From Squalus acanthias (lineage: Eukaryota), in NCBI GenBank assembly GCA_030390025.1, contig CM059432.1:126854001-126918000 (forward strand): 64,000 nt of DNA, given 5' to 3'. A program made the translations under genes and the position numbers. How positions within the stretch are numbered: the stretch's first letter is position 1; every line of letters starts with the position of its first letter. Positions 50,182 to 61,210 of this stretch are shown here, in pieces. The notes beneath the pieces were generated by a model, which was given only the letters and a program-made list of their open reading frames with translations, was not told the DNA's origin and searched no databases.

Positions 50182-51437
50182 AAGGTGTTTGGCAAAAGAA
50201 CCAGCGGCGACATGAGGAAACATTTTTTTACGGAGCGAGTTGTTGTGACCTGGAATGCACTGCCTGAAAGGCTGGTGGGAGCAGATTCAATAGTAATATT
50301 CAAAAAGAGAATTGGATAAATACTTGATGGGGAAAAAATATTACAGGGATAAGGGCAAAGAGCAGGAGAGTGGGACTAATTGGATAGCTCTGCCAAATAG
50401 TCGGCACAGGCATGATGGGCCGAATGGCCTCCTTCTGTGCTGTATCATTCTATGATTTACATTTTATTAGTTTTGAACGAAGTAGGATAACAGAACAGAG
50501 CACAGATATATTGGGTAGGAGAAATAATGATGGCACTATACCTTTGAATACACTTACAGGTGTAATTATTATGAGTTATACAATGATTGGTGTATTCCAG
50601 TAATTTATACTTTCATAAAATCATTGGGAAAAATTGTTATTCTGAACGACCCAGAAAGAGGTGGTTTAATTTTTGTAAATCACCGAGTCAGAATCTCATT
50701 TTTTGAGAGAAAGTTTATTAATTTTTTTTGCTGTTTTGTTGCAAATTCCAAGCTAATTCATATAACTATATCACCATATGTTTCATTCCGCAGATCATCA
50801 CTTCATCTGCACTTGTAAATATGTTCAAATTCTGTGAAAAATGAAGTAAAACTTGATTTAAACTGTCCAAAATATCTAATTTCATTCAAATATATTGTTT
50901 AGTCAGAATACATCAGGGAGTGGGAGTTTAAACAAAATAAATTGCTAATGTCACTGCTGTCAAAACCCATTCATGTCTGTGGCACCCTTGAGCTACATAG
51001 TCAGTGCCACTCAGCTGCTTATTTCGTAAAGCCCTCAGCTTCCCAACAAACATCCTCTATTATATAAAAAGATATACAACTAAGGGTTCCTCAAAATTGC
51101 TTCAATTCTGATAGGTGATAATGACAACATACTTGTTAGCGTGGCATAGATCAGTGGAGCAGTCAGCTTACAGCAGAATGGAGGTGCAGAGTTAGGCAGG
51201 TAATGAACTTTCTAATCTCCAGAAGGGGAATGTTAGTCCAAGTTTTGCAAAAGCAGCAACATTAGGGCTGTACTTGCCCGTGGCATTGATGTATGTGTTC
51301 TGGCAGCATGCAGCACTGGCCTTGCTGGATTTTGTGAGGTAAACCCCTCCACTTCATTTCACTTTGCGCTCTGTGCATGTTTTGCAAGTGCAGGGAACCA
51401 GGCCTGCAGAAAGTCACAAAATTCAACTAAACTCTTA

Positions 51438-52330
51438 GGGGTAAAAATTCAGTTGGTTGCGCCTCCCGTTAGCGCCTTAAGAGGGCGCTAATGGGGCGCA
51501 AAGCCGCTAACGCCCAGGTGCAGCGATGTTTGCGCCGCTCGAGAACTTAACTTGAGATTGTGCGGCGGCGCTAAAACTTACCGCTGCGACCACCTGCGCG
51601 CGCAGATTGTGACGTCATTCCATGGTGCAACGCCCTTGTGGCGCCCCGGAGCGGAAATTGAGTGGCGCCCCCTGCCTTACCGCCTGGCGCATCCAACGAC
51701 CAGAAGACTGGAACGCTATCAATCGCTGTGGGGCTGGGGGGGGTGCTATTTACAGGGGGCCTCTTCCTGTCTTTTATTGTTGGTGGCATTTTTGAACTAC
51801 GCATTCTGAGAGAGAGAGGGAGAGACTTCTGGAGAGATTCAACGTTGTGGGAAGGAGTTTTGGGTACTGAGCAGCACTTTGCAGGTTCATTTTGATTTGC
51901 CATTCCTTGTATCGATTTAGCAGAGACTGTGGGAGCTGCACTCTGAGCTCTTTGCCTGGTACTCTCCATTGTTCTTTCCAGCACATTTGATGTGCAAGTC
52001 TCTCCAGGCCGAGATTCAAGGCTGCAATGAACAGGATGTGGATGGAAAGCAAGATTAACCATCCCCTTTAAGAACTGGCCCGTGCCATTGTGTGTGTGTT
52101 CCATTGCTGACTGACATTACATGAGCTTCGCCAGCGCTCTGAGTTAGCGCCTCACTCCTTGGCCTTTGCGCCTTAAGACAGGTGTGCAGCGCCTGCTTTA
52201 GCGCTCCACTCACCTCCCGGGGCGGTAAAAGTGAAGTTTCCAGTCAGTGCCGATAATTAGCACCAGGCGCTAATATTTGCGTCCAGACGATATTTGCGCC
52301 CCAAATGGGGCGCGACCTAATTTCTACCCC
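51438..52330. mobile_element. Harbinger-type MITE (893 bp), family A
   Basis: Same TIRs as 20485; TSD TTA; near-identical sequence. Confidence 0.9.
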
Positions 52331-53547
52331 TTAAAGTGTTGTTGCTCGCCATTGAAGCGGAGTACTCCAGTTATTTGCATTACCATGAAGGAGTGTGCTA
52401 GGACCTGGTTGGCACAATATGCGTATGAGGGATATGAGGGATGTAGGGAAGATTCTCTCATTTAGCAATGATTCCTGAGAGTTCCTGCTGTAGGAAATGC
52501 AAAAAAAAAAGAAGAATGGACTTCTTTAGAGCCATGTACAGGCTGCATGGATGTTGTTTGCTGAGCAAGTGAATACAGTCTCCCAGGTCTGTTGTGTTGG
52601 GGTCGGTTCAGTGGCATTAGGAGAAGTTCCAAGGTAAGTGTGCACACCTTTGTACACGTGCGTCTATGTCCTTAGAAGGCATGGGCCAAATCTAAATGTT
52701 CATCACCTGCACCTTCAGGGGAATAACATGCCGAGAATATTTACCCTTTCTGCAGCAATCATTCAATAAACAGAAGCTGTCGGGAACAGTTTTGGCGGGG
52801 CACTGGTGGGATTGGCAAGGATGTGTGGTGCCACCGCCCAGCAAGTATCTTTCATTTATTATTATCCAGCACTGACTCGCTTTTTAAATCCTAATGGGAG
52901 GGGCTAACTTTGCTCAGCAGAAGCATGGTGCTCACTTTCCTGAAGTTGGATCGGGATCAAGAGCAGGATTCTGTGTCTGATTTTTCCCTTCCCCAGCCCT
53001 GGGATGCTGAGATGAATTAGAATGCTCCAACTTATACCCTGGCTGGGACCTGATGACTCAGCACAGACCAGGACACGAACCTAGGACCTCATGGGTTTGC
53101 ATGGTTCAGCACTGCATATGCAGTTAAATAGGCTGATTTTCATAATTTAAACATAAAAATGAACCTTTTTGTTGTATTGTTTATGATTACACGTGATTGA
53201 AAGTAGAAGTAAAGTACCTGGATGCTGCCAACAGGTCCACACATGGTCCATCTTACAAAGAACGCTGGAAAAATGAATCTGCAGAGCAGAGAAAATAAAT
53301 AACGTGCTTTGAATTTATCTGAAGGCTTCGCAAGAATAATAGGAGCTCATCCTTTTACAGAAACAACAACTACAGACCACACTGGCAAACAAGTCAGAGC
53401 CTGCCAGTGTTGTCTTCCTCTAGCTCCCTCTCTAATGAACCTAATTGAGACTGAATGATCTTGAAGAGCTTTTCAAGACTCTTTTCGAAAGCAGTTCTTA
53501 GTTTTTCCAGTCTGACAGCCTGCTTCCACTGTGTTCAAAGAAGCCTT

Positions 53548-53646
53548 GATGCGGAGATGCCGGTGTTGGACTGGGGTGGACAAAATTGAGAGGTCGCACA
53601 ACACCAGGTTATAGTCCAACAGTTTTATTTGAAATCACAAGCTTTC
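53548..53646 (-). mobile_element. PLE extreme 3' fragment
   Basis: Matches 35815-35914; stops inside the hammerhead core (GAAAGCTT). Confidence 0.8.
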
Positions 53647-53888
53647 AAAGCCAGACAGGGTTACTGTCAGAGTAAACTTGATTCCCCCGCCGCTACCAGG
53701 CAGTTGAATTTACCATCAAAAACCTGAATTTTAACAGCATTACATTGTCTGGCACCAAGCTTGCCGACACTCCATTTAAAAAAAAAATGATTGCAGCAGA
53801 ATATTTTTTCAGTGAACTTGCCTCATGGAACAGATGAAATAGCATTGGACTCAGGCACATTTCCGGGAGTTGTGTGGAGGGAGATTTA

Positions 53889-54333
53889 GAGGGCTAAATT
53901 CGGTTGATTTGCGCCTCCCGTTAGCGTCCTAAGAGGGCGCTAACGGGGCGCAAATCAACTAGCGCCTGGGCACGGCGCTGCTAACACCTCCCGCGAAATT
54001 CAGCGGGTGGTTAGCGGCGGCGCTAACCGTTAGCGCCGCGCCGCCGGCGATGACTTCATTGCCGTGCGCAGCGCCCCGCTCGCGCCCCGGCTGTAATATT
54101 GGGTGGCGTCCCCCGACTTACCGCCGGACGCTATGTCCGCTTGGGTCAGGGGGGCCTACCTGAGGCTGGGGCGGTGCTAGTTAAAGGGGAGGTGACGAGC
54201 CGCCGCTAACCTCCCGCTGAATTTCGCGGGAGGCGTTAGCAGCGCCGCGCCCAGGCGCTAGTTGATTTGCACCCCCCATTAGCACCCTCTTAGGGCACTA
54301 ATGGGAGGTGCAAATCAACCGAATTTAGCCCCC
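53889..54333. mobile_element. Harbinger-type MITE with ~130-bp TIRs
   Basis: 53889-54021 is inverted at ~54199-54333; ends GAGGGCTAAATT / AATTTAGCCCCC; flanks TTA/ATA. Confidence 0.85.
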
Positions 54334-54493
54334 ATAGAGTCATAATGGCACAGAAGGAGGCCATTCGGCCCATCGAGTCTGTGCTGGCTCTCTGTGGAGC
54401 AATCCAGTCAGTCCCATTCCCCCGCTCTATCCCCATAGCCCTGCAAGTTTATTTCCCTCAAGTGCCTATCCAGTCTCCCCTTGAAAACATTGA

Positions 54494-57400
54494 GGGCTGG
54501 ATTTTACCAGCCCCGAGGAGGCGGATTTGGAGGCATGCGAGTTGTTAAACTCGCCAAAAATGGCGGGCGGGCCTGATCCCGCCTCCATCCCACCTCCGAG
54601 CAATTTTCCCAAATGCGTGTTTTCTGACCCCCTTTCCATCCCACCTCCAAGAGGCAGGATAGGCCCTTAAGGCCCTTAACAACCACTTAATTGCCTCTAT
54701 AATCCCATTTTGAAAGGCCTTTCACCTTTTTAGACATTCCCCCCATCCTACACGCTTCCTCTGGAACACGCCAGGTAATGCTGGCGGCCTCACAAGTGGA
54801 TTGCTTACTAACAGCTGCAGCTCCACCATTACAAAGGAGTTTTCACCAATGATCATTTGCAGGTGGCAGAACTTTGTTGTTTCAGGTCTGGGGGAACTTT
54901 TAGCAGGCATACTCAAGTGTTGTGGAAGTTTGGAGCCTGACACCCATCTCCAGTGTGACCTCCTGGGAAACCCCTCTCCCCACCTTGACTAAGCGCTTCC
55001 TCAACTGAGGCATATACCAGAAGCATGGCGACCATTTAATTCCTTTCCTCCTGGACATCAGATTCAGACGAAGACCAGCTGCGGCAACAGCAGAACCATG
55101 AGCAACAGCAGCACCAACAGCAGGAACATCAACAGGAGTGCCAAGCTGCTAGTCACCCACCTGAAGATGCACAGGCCAGAAGGCGCCAGCGCGTGACAAC
55201 ATTGCTGCCCGGGATGCAAGGGACGCACTCATCCTGGCCAGATTTGCTTAGCCTGCACAATCAAACACTTTAGTCTCGCTCCTTCTTACCAGAGCATCGA
55301 CAATGGACAAGAACCTGTGGAATCCTATCACTCTGACCACCATTCTGACAATCGCAAGGCGCCCTAAGCCCTCAATGTGAAAGTCTCATTTGCGAAATGA
55401 CATAGGCCACAACTTCAACAGTTTGCCATCAAAACACTTTACAATACAATCACAATGATGGCTGGTCTAAAAACAAAACTACACAGCACCCAAGTGACTA
55501 CCCTTGTGACTACTTGTGCTTTATCTTCCTCTTACGCGTGCTCCTACATGGTGCTTCTCCTGTGGCTTCAGCAGATGTGGAGGCCCCTTGCTCACTCTCT
55601 TGCTGCTCCTGTCTCGACACCTTTGGCGAGCGTCCTCTGGGGTGGTGAACCTGTGCGGGCTCGGCAACAGTCTGCTGCTCCTGCGGCTGTGCAGGGGCTG
55701 AGATGCCCATCTCAGTTGGGTGAGGACTCTGGTGGGGCTCTGACCAAGGGATTTGCTGTGGCATGGTCGTGTGAGTGCTTGGAGAGGAGCCCCCACTTCC
55801 TTGTTGTCTGCCACCAACATCCCACTCATGGGTCAGCCCCACTTCAGAGCTAGCAAATGGCTTGACAGCATTTTGCTGCACTGCAGGGAGGCCATGAGGA
55901 CCCGTTTCTGCACTGGAAGTCCTACTCCAGAGGACTTGCATGAAGGTCTGGTTTCTATGCTCAATAGCTGACCATCGCTCCTCAAGAGATGTCATTCTAT
56001 TCTGAACAATTACCATGTTTTCAATACCCTGGCGACTAAGCTCCTCCATGGACGTAGCCATCCTCTCCTCTACCATAGCCATCCTCTCCTCTACGGTAGC
56101 CAGCTTTACCATGGAGGTAGCCATCCTTTCCACGGAGGTTGCCATCCTTTCCACGGTGATGCGTTCATGCGCCAATGCCTCCACAAAGGCTCTGCTCATG
56201 TTCGCGATGGACTCCTCCATTCGCTCCACACTCGCAGCGACCCTGGAGACAAAACCTGCCAGAGACTCCTGCACCTGTTCCTGGAGTTCCAGCACCGCTC
56301 TCCTTCTGAATGGACCCGGAGGCACAGGGTCAACATGCAGCTAAGCCGAGCTGGGAGCGTCCTCTCCACTGCAACGAGGACTCTCCACTGCTGTCCCTGT
56401 CTCCACCATCTGCTGATGCTCACTTGTGAGCTGTGATACACCAGGTGAGAACACTACTCTATCTCGCGAAGGTCCCACCGAGGTGTGAGTGTCTGCGCTG
56501 GTGCTGGGTGCGCTGAATTCTGCTGACGCTGCGCCCTCAGAGGTTACAGCTTCCTCTGAGGAGTCTGGAGGCTCAGGCTGTTCCTCCTGGATAGTGGGGA
56601 CGGGGGCTTTCGATGGTCCTGTGGGGGAGTAAAGGAAAGAGTTAGAGATGTGAGGCCAAGGTTACATGCACATTGAATATTGCAGATGATCATAAGTCAA
56701 TCTGTTAGAGCATCAGAATTATTATCAGAGACTCATGCAATGTCAATGAGAGAGATTCCAAAGTATTCTGTCACCAGCTTGCTGTGATGCGCCCGTCTGT
56801 CCGTCCCTCCCTTGGGAATCCTCCGCGATCCCAGCAATTTCCAGGGCCGCCTCCTCCCAGGGGGTGAGCTGGGCTACTGAGGGTGGCCCTCCTCCTGTCA
56901 TGGCTCTTTCCCTCTTATTGTGGGCTCTCTTTTCCTGCAATGAGGGACACAAGTGGAGTTTGAGTGAGAATGAAGGAGTGAGTGTAGTGAATGCATAGCA
57001 TAGATGCTTAGAAGGATACAAAGGACCCTCCCTGTGTGTTGTAAGTTGTTGTTGTCATGGCATCACAATGATAGGGAGTGTGAGGTCTCCATGGTCGAAT
57101 AGTTAAGTGAATGTGACCATAGAGAGAGAGGGAATGGGTAAGGGTGCAGGGACGTAAGTGTCAAGTGGCATGTGGAGCAAGAGGTTGGCAAAGCAGAATG
57201 CTGGTGAGGAGAGGCGATGGGGATCAGATTGAGGGTGATGGAAAGTCATACTCACTTTTCCTGTGCGGAGAAGGTCATGAAACCTCTTCCTGCACTGCAG
57301 CCAGGTTCTGTGGCTCATCGAAATGGAGTTGACCTCCTCGGCCACTTGCAGCCACACAGCCTTTGTCTGCTGGGGTGGCTTTTTTCTCCCTGAGGAAGGG

Positions 57401-57765
57401 AGCAGCACCTCCTTATTACATCTGGCTCCATACACCAGAGCTTGGAGGGAGGGCTCATCAAACCGAGGAGCACACTTTTGCTTGATCGTTGACATTTTCC
57501 ACAATTCAACTCCTTCATATAAATTGCAGAGCCTTTGCAGTCTCCAGAAGAATCAAGGCTGCTTGCAGGCCTTAAATCCAACAGCATTGATGACGTCATC
57601 GGAGGCGACTTTCTGTATGAAAAGACTCATTGGGCCAGTGGTTCCCACACGCAGGAAATCAATTGCCCAATTTGGGGAAAATCAACACATCACTTAGGAG
57701 TCGGGGTCCTGACACGATTTCCATCTGACACTCCCCAGCCCGCCCACACTGACAAAATCCAGCCT
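54494..57765. mobile_element. Harbinger derivative with a nearly intact Myb/SANT gene and no transposase core
   Basis: TIR GGGCTGGATTTT / AAAATCCAGCCT; TSD TGA; removing it restores the CR1 sequence. Confidence 0.9.
55510..57495 (-). pseudogene. Harbinger Myb/SANT-like gene: exons 57495-57256, 56934-56775, 56618-55510; one in-frame TAG at 56341-56343
   Basis: GT-AG introns with compatible phases give ~500 codons: APRFDEPSLQALV..W..VAEEVNS..RTWLQCRKRFHDL / TGGGPP..LTPWEE / acidic region + coiled coil + basic tail. Confidence 0.85.
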
Positions 57766-60163
57766 TGAGTGTCTCCGCTTCCACTACTTCCGTTGGCAGC
57801 GAATTCCGGGTCCTCACTACTCGCTGCATAACAAAGTTTTTCCTCCCCCCCCCCCGTATCTCTTGCCCAAAACCTTAAATCTGTGCTCCCTAGTCCTTGT
57901 ACCATCAACTAGTGGGAACAGCCTTTCCCCGTCTAGCCTATCCTAATCCGTCATAATCTTTTACACCCCTATCAAATCACCCCACAACCTCCTTTGCTCG
58001 AATGAAAATATCCAGCTTCTCCAACCTGTCCTTGTAGCTAAGATTGCCCATCCCCAGAACCATTCTGGTAAATCTCCTCTGCACCCTCTCCAGGGCCTTC
58101 ACATCCTTCCTAAAGTGTGGTGACCAGAACTGGACGCAATACTCCAGTTGTGGCCTAACCAGCGCTTTATAAAGGTTCAGCATAACTTCTCTACTTTTGT
58201 ACTCAATACCTCTATTTATGAAACCCAAGATCCCATATGCTTTGCTAGCCACTCTCTCAATATGTCCTTCCACCTTCAGGGACCTATGCATATTAACTCC
58301 CAGGTCCCTCTGTCCCTGCACACTCTTTAAAACTGTGCTATCTCACATCTATCCAATGATATACCTGGCCTGGAAGAACTTGATGCTGATATAGCACACA
58401 AACAATTCAATTACACACCACACCTGCAAGCAGTAGTAATAATACATCGGTAGGATAAGTATGACATGCACAGTTAAGAGCTTCCACTGAAGCATATCTT
58501 AGACCATCATGCCAGTTAACTACCAACAAATGCTTGAAACAAGTGCATTGTAAAGATGCAATGATCCAATACTACATAGTGCTCGATAGTGTAATATTAT
58601 TATTGACAATGGCAACCGCACATCCAATGGGGCAGGAAATGCACGTATGCATTAATGTAACTGGTTCCTACTTTTGATTGCAATAAAGAACATTAAAATG
58701 ACATTAAAAGACTTCCGAGCATCAATTAATACAGTGCCAGCTACAACAACAGAATCCCTGCACACCAGTTGGAGCCATACACCAAGCACCAACATAATTT
58801 GCTTTTGTGTGCATAAAATTCACCCAAAATTTACAAAAATGAAGTCAAGGATAAGTATATGGAAGAAATAGTCCAAAAATCCGTATCTGAAATAATTGAA
58901 AAGTATGAGAGATTTCTGGATCTGATGGTCTGACAAAATCTGCGTATCTCTTCAAATGTTATATTTTTCAGTGCGTTGTTTAAGAGGACCTCAATCCTAT
59001 TTGAAAAAAGTGTAAAATACAAGAGATAATTTATAAACAAAGTGACCGAACACCTGTTCCAGACCGTGTGTTGCCTTGTTGTGTCGGACACACCATTGTT
59101 TGTCTTCATCGTCACCGAGACGCTTCTGCTGCTCCTCCACACAGTCCTTTATGTGAAAGTTAATATCACTGTAGGCAGAGTTTTACTCTATACTATACTA
59201 TAAAATATTGTACAAAGTTATTTCTTCCTTATTTATGGCCCAACATTTTTTTTAAAGTTTTACAACGCGACTTTATAGCATAAGCTGGCTACAATTATGT
59301 TATCTTTCTCAGGATATATTACATGGATGAGAAGCAATGGCTCGGGCTTGCTGGTAAAACAAAATGGAATCTTACTCGCTCTACGGAGCGAGCCTTTGGC
59401 TTGGCAGCAGCAGTCCCGCCTCTGACTCAGAAGGTGCAGGGTTTGAACCCTTCTCCAGGCAGTCCCAGCGAGTGGAGACCGGAGCTCCGACTCTGAATCC
59501 TGGGTTGACATCCAGCGGGATACGGGTGGGTGTGGATTGCTCACCATCATCGTATGGGTTGTGGGAGCCCATAAAATCCTCCCGCCACATCGGACTAACC
59601 ACCCTGATGGCTGGTATAAAGATAGTTACGGCCATTGAAGGAGCGGTCACGTCGTGGCCTGTCAGTCTGTAAATCAGCCTCCTTTCATTACTTCACACTA
59701 TTCTACAAGGGAAGAGTGTGAAGATACAGAAACAACAACGAGCTCTATTTTTGCATAATACAGGAACCCATGAATCAGAACAGCTGGGAGCGGATTTTGT
59801 CGATTGAATAAACTATTGAAAGATAGGAGCATTAATTGCCATATTAAGATATTTTATTTTTATTTAAGCCTCAAAATTGCTAGGCTCCACTGGATGTGGG
59901 CGAGTTTGGGTTGGGTATTCAGGCACCCATGTGAATCCCAGTCACTGATATTTGCAGCAGGTAATGAAGGATTTAAAAAAAGATGCTACACTGCTGGCCA
60001 GCATCAGCCTCCTGGTGAAGAAGTTATGCTTCTGAAGTCCCACACAGAAATTCACATTATGTGGCATTTCCTGAGCCCTTATAAAATGGGTGAATTAGTA
60101 ATCCAATGGTTTGGCCGTCAGAAATTGAAGTCTTTAAAGCTACCTTTCCATTCTGAAAGTGTG

Positions 60164-61210
60164 GGGGAGAAATTGGGCACCTTAGTGCCTCCAGGGGGCG
60201 GTAACGGGGCGCGACCGGCTTTGCAACCGGGCACAGTGACAGTACCGACGCCCACGAAATTGAGGTGAAGGGTTGTGCGGTGGTAACCACGAGCGCCACG
60301 ATCTCCTGCGCCCGGAGATCGTGACGTCATCCGGGTGCAGAGCGCCCCGGTAGCGCCCCAGCTCTGAAATTCACTCTCACCCGCTGCCTGAGCGCCTGCC
60401 GTTAGCAACGACAGGTAGAGGAGGCGGAATGTAGTCAGATGAGCGCTGGAGGAGCGCTATACAAAGGCGTCAACTTCCGTTTTTTTTGTCGGCAAAGAAT
60501 GCTGCCTTGTCAGTTTGACATAGGCAAATGGGTGTTTTGTGCGGTTTCAGCGTTTTCAACTTGAAGGAGTCTTCTACCTCAGAAAAATTTATCACTTTCA
60601 TTTGGGCTACATTTGACAGTGCAATATTTCCACAATTTAATGGGGGCTGTACTGGCACTGGGCCTCGCCCTCCAGCGTCAACGTCGGAGGCAGCAGAGGC
60701 AGAGAGAAAGATTGCAAAATATGGCCAGAGGGAGGAGGGCCAACAGGGCTCTCAACAGGAGGCCTTACCCTCCCAGGGTATTCCGGCAGCATTTCTCCTA
60801 CATCAATCTCACTGAGGAGCAGTGTCTTAGAAGGTTCCGCTTCACCAAGGGCATGGTCACAGAGCTCTGCCACCTCCTGCAGCCAGACCTCGAGCCTTAC
60901 ATCAGGAGCACCACGGCTCTCTCAGTGGCAGTCAAGGTCACCATCGCCCTCAATTTCTACATGAGTGGATCCTTCCAGTATGCAACAGAAGACATATCTA
61001 ACATATTGCAGTTCGCCGTCCATTGCTGCATCCGCGAGGTCACAGATGCTGTCTACAGAAGGAGAAGGGACTACATTTCCTTCCCCGTGACCAGAGAGAA
61101 GCAGCACGAGCGTGCATGTGGCTTTGCCAGGATAGCGGGCTTCCCCATGGTGCAGGGCGCCATTGACTGCACCCACGTCGCTTTGCGAGCACCTTTTAAC
61201 AATCCTGAGG
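60164..61210 (+). mobile_element. Harbinger left end, interrupted by a CR1 that runs off the window
   Basis: TIR-like GGGGAGAAATTGGG followed by the transposase N-terminal half. Confidence 0.75.
60640..61210 (+). pseudogene. Harbinger transposase N-terminal half
   Basis: RRPYPPRVFR, RRFRFTK, SGSFQ, GFPMVQGAIDCTHV; open until the CR1 tail at 61211. Confidence 0.88.

Larger units (their letters stand above)
45380..50456 (+). mobile_element. CR1 LINE 3' half carrying three nested insertions
   Basis: [46 protein letters not shown] tail; split at 45611, 46173 and 49393. Confidence 0.85.
54334..58338 (-). mobile_element. CR1 3' fragment split by a Harbinger (54334-54493 and 57766-58338)
   Basis: Very similar to 62028-62760; VRPQLEYCVQFWSP. 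Confidence 0.85.

Noticed and set aside
52880..53120. Possible old tRNA-derived SINE (a similar piece at ~13870-14040)
   Set aside because: Too degraded to define boundaries or family without a search.
24569..61210. Host HARBI1 or NAIF1/MSANTD genes
   Set aside because: Copies lie in TE context (TIRs, some with TSDs) and have stops, frameshifts or insertions; they are TE genes, so no symbol is given.
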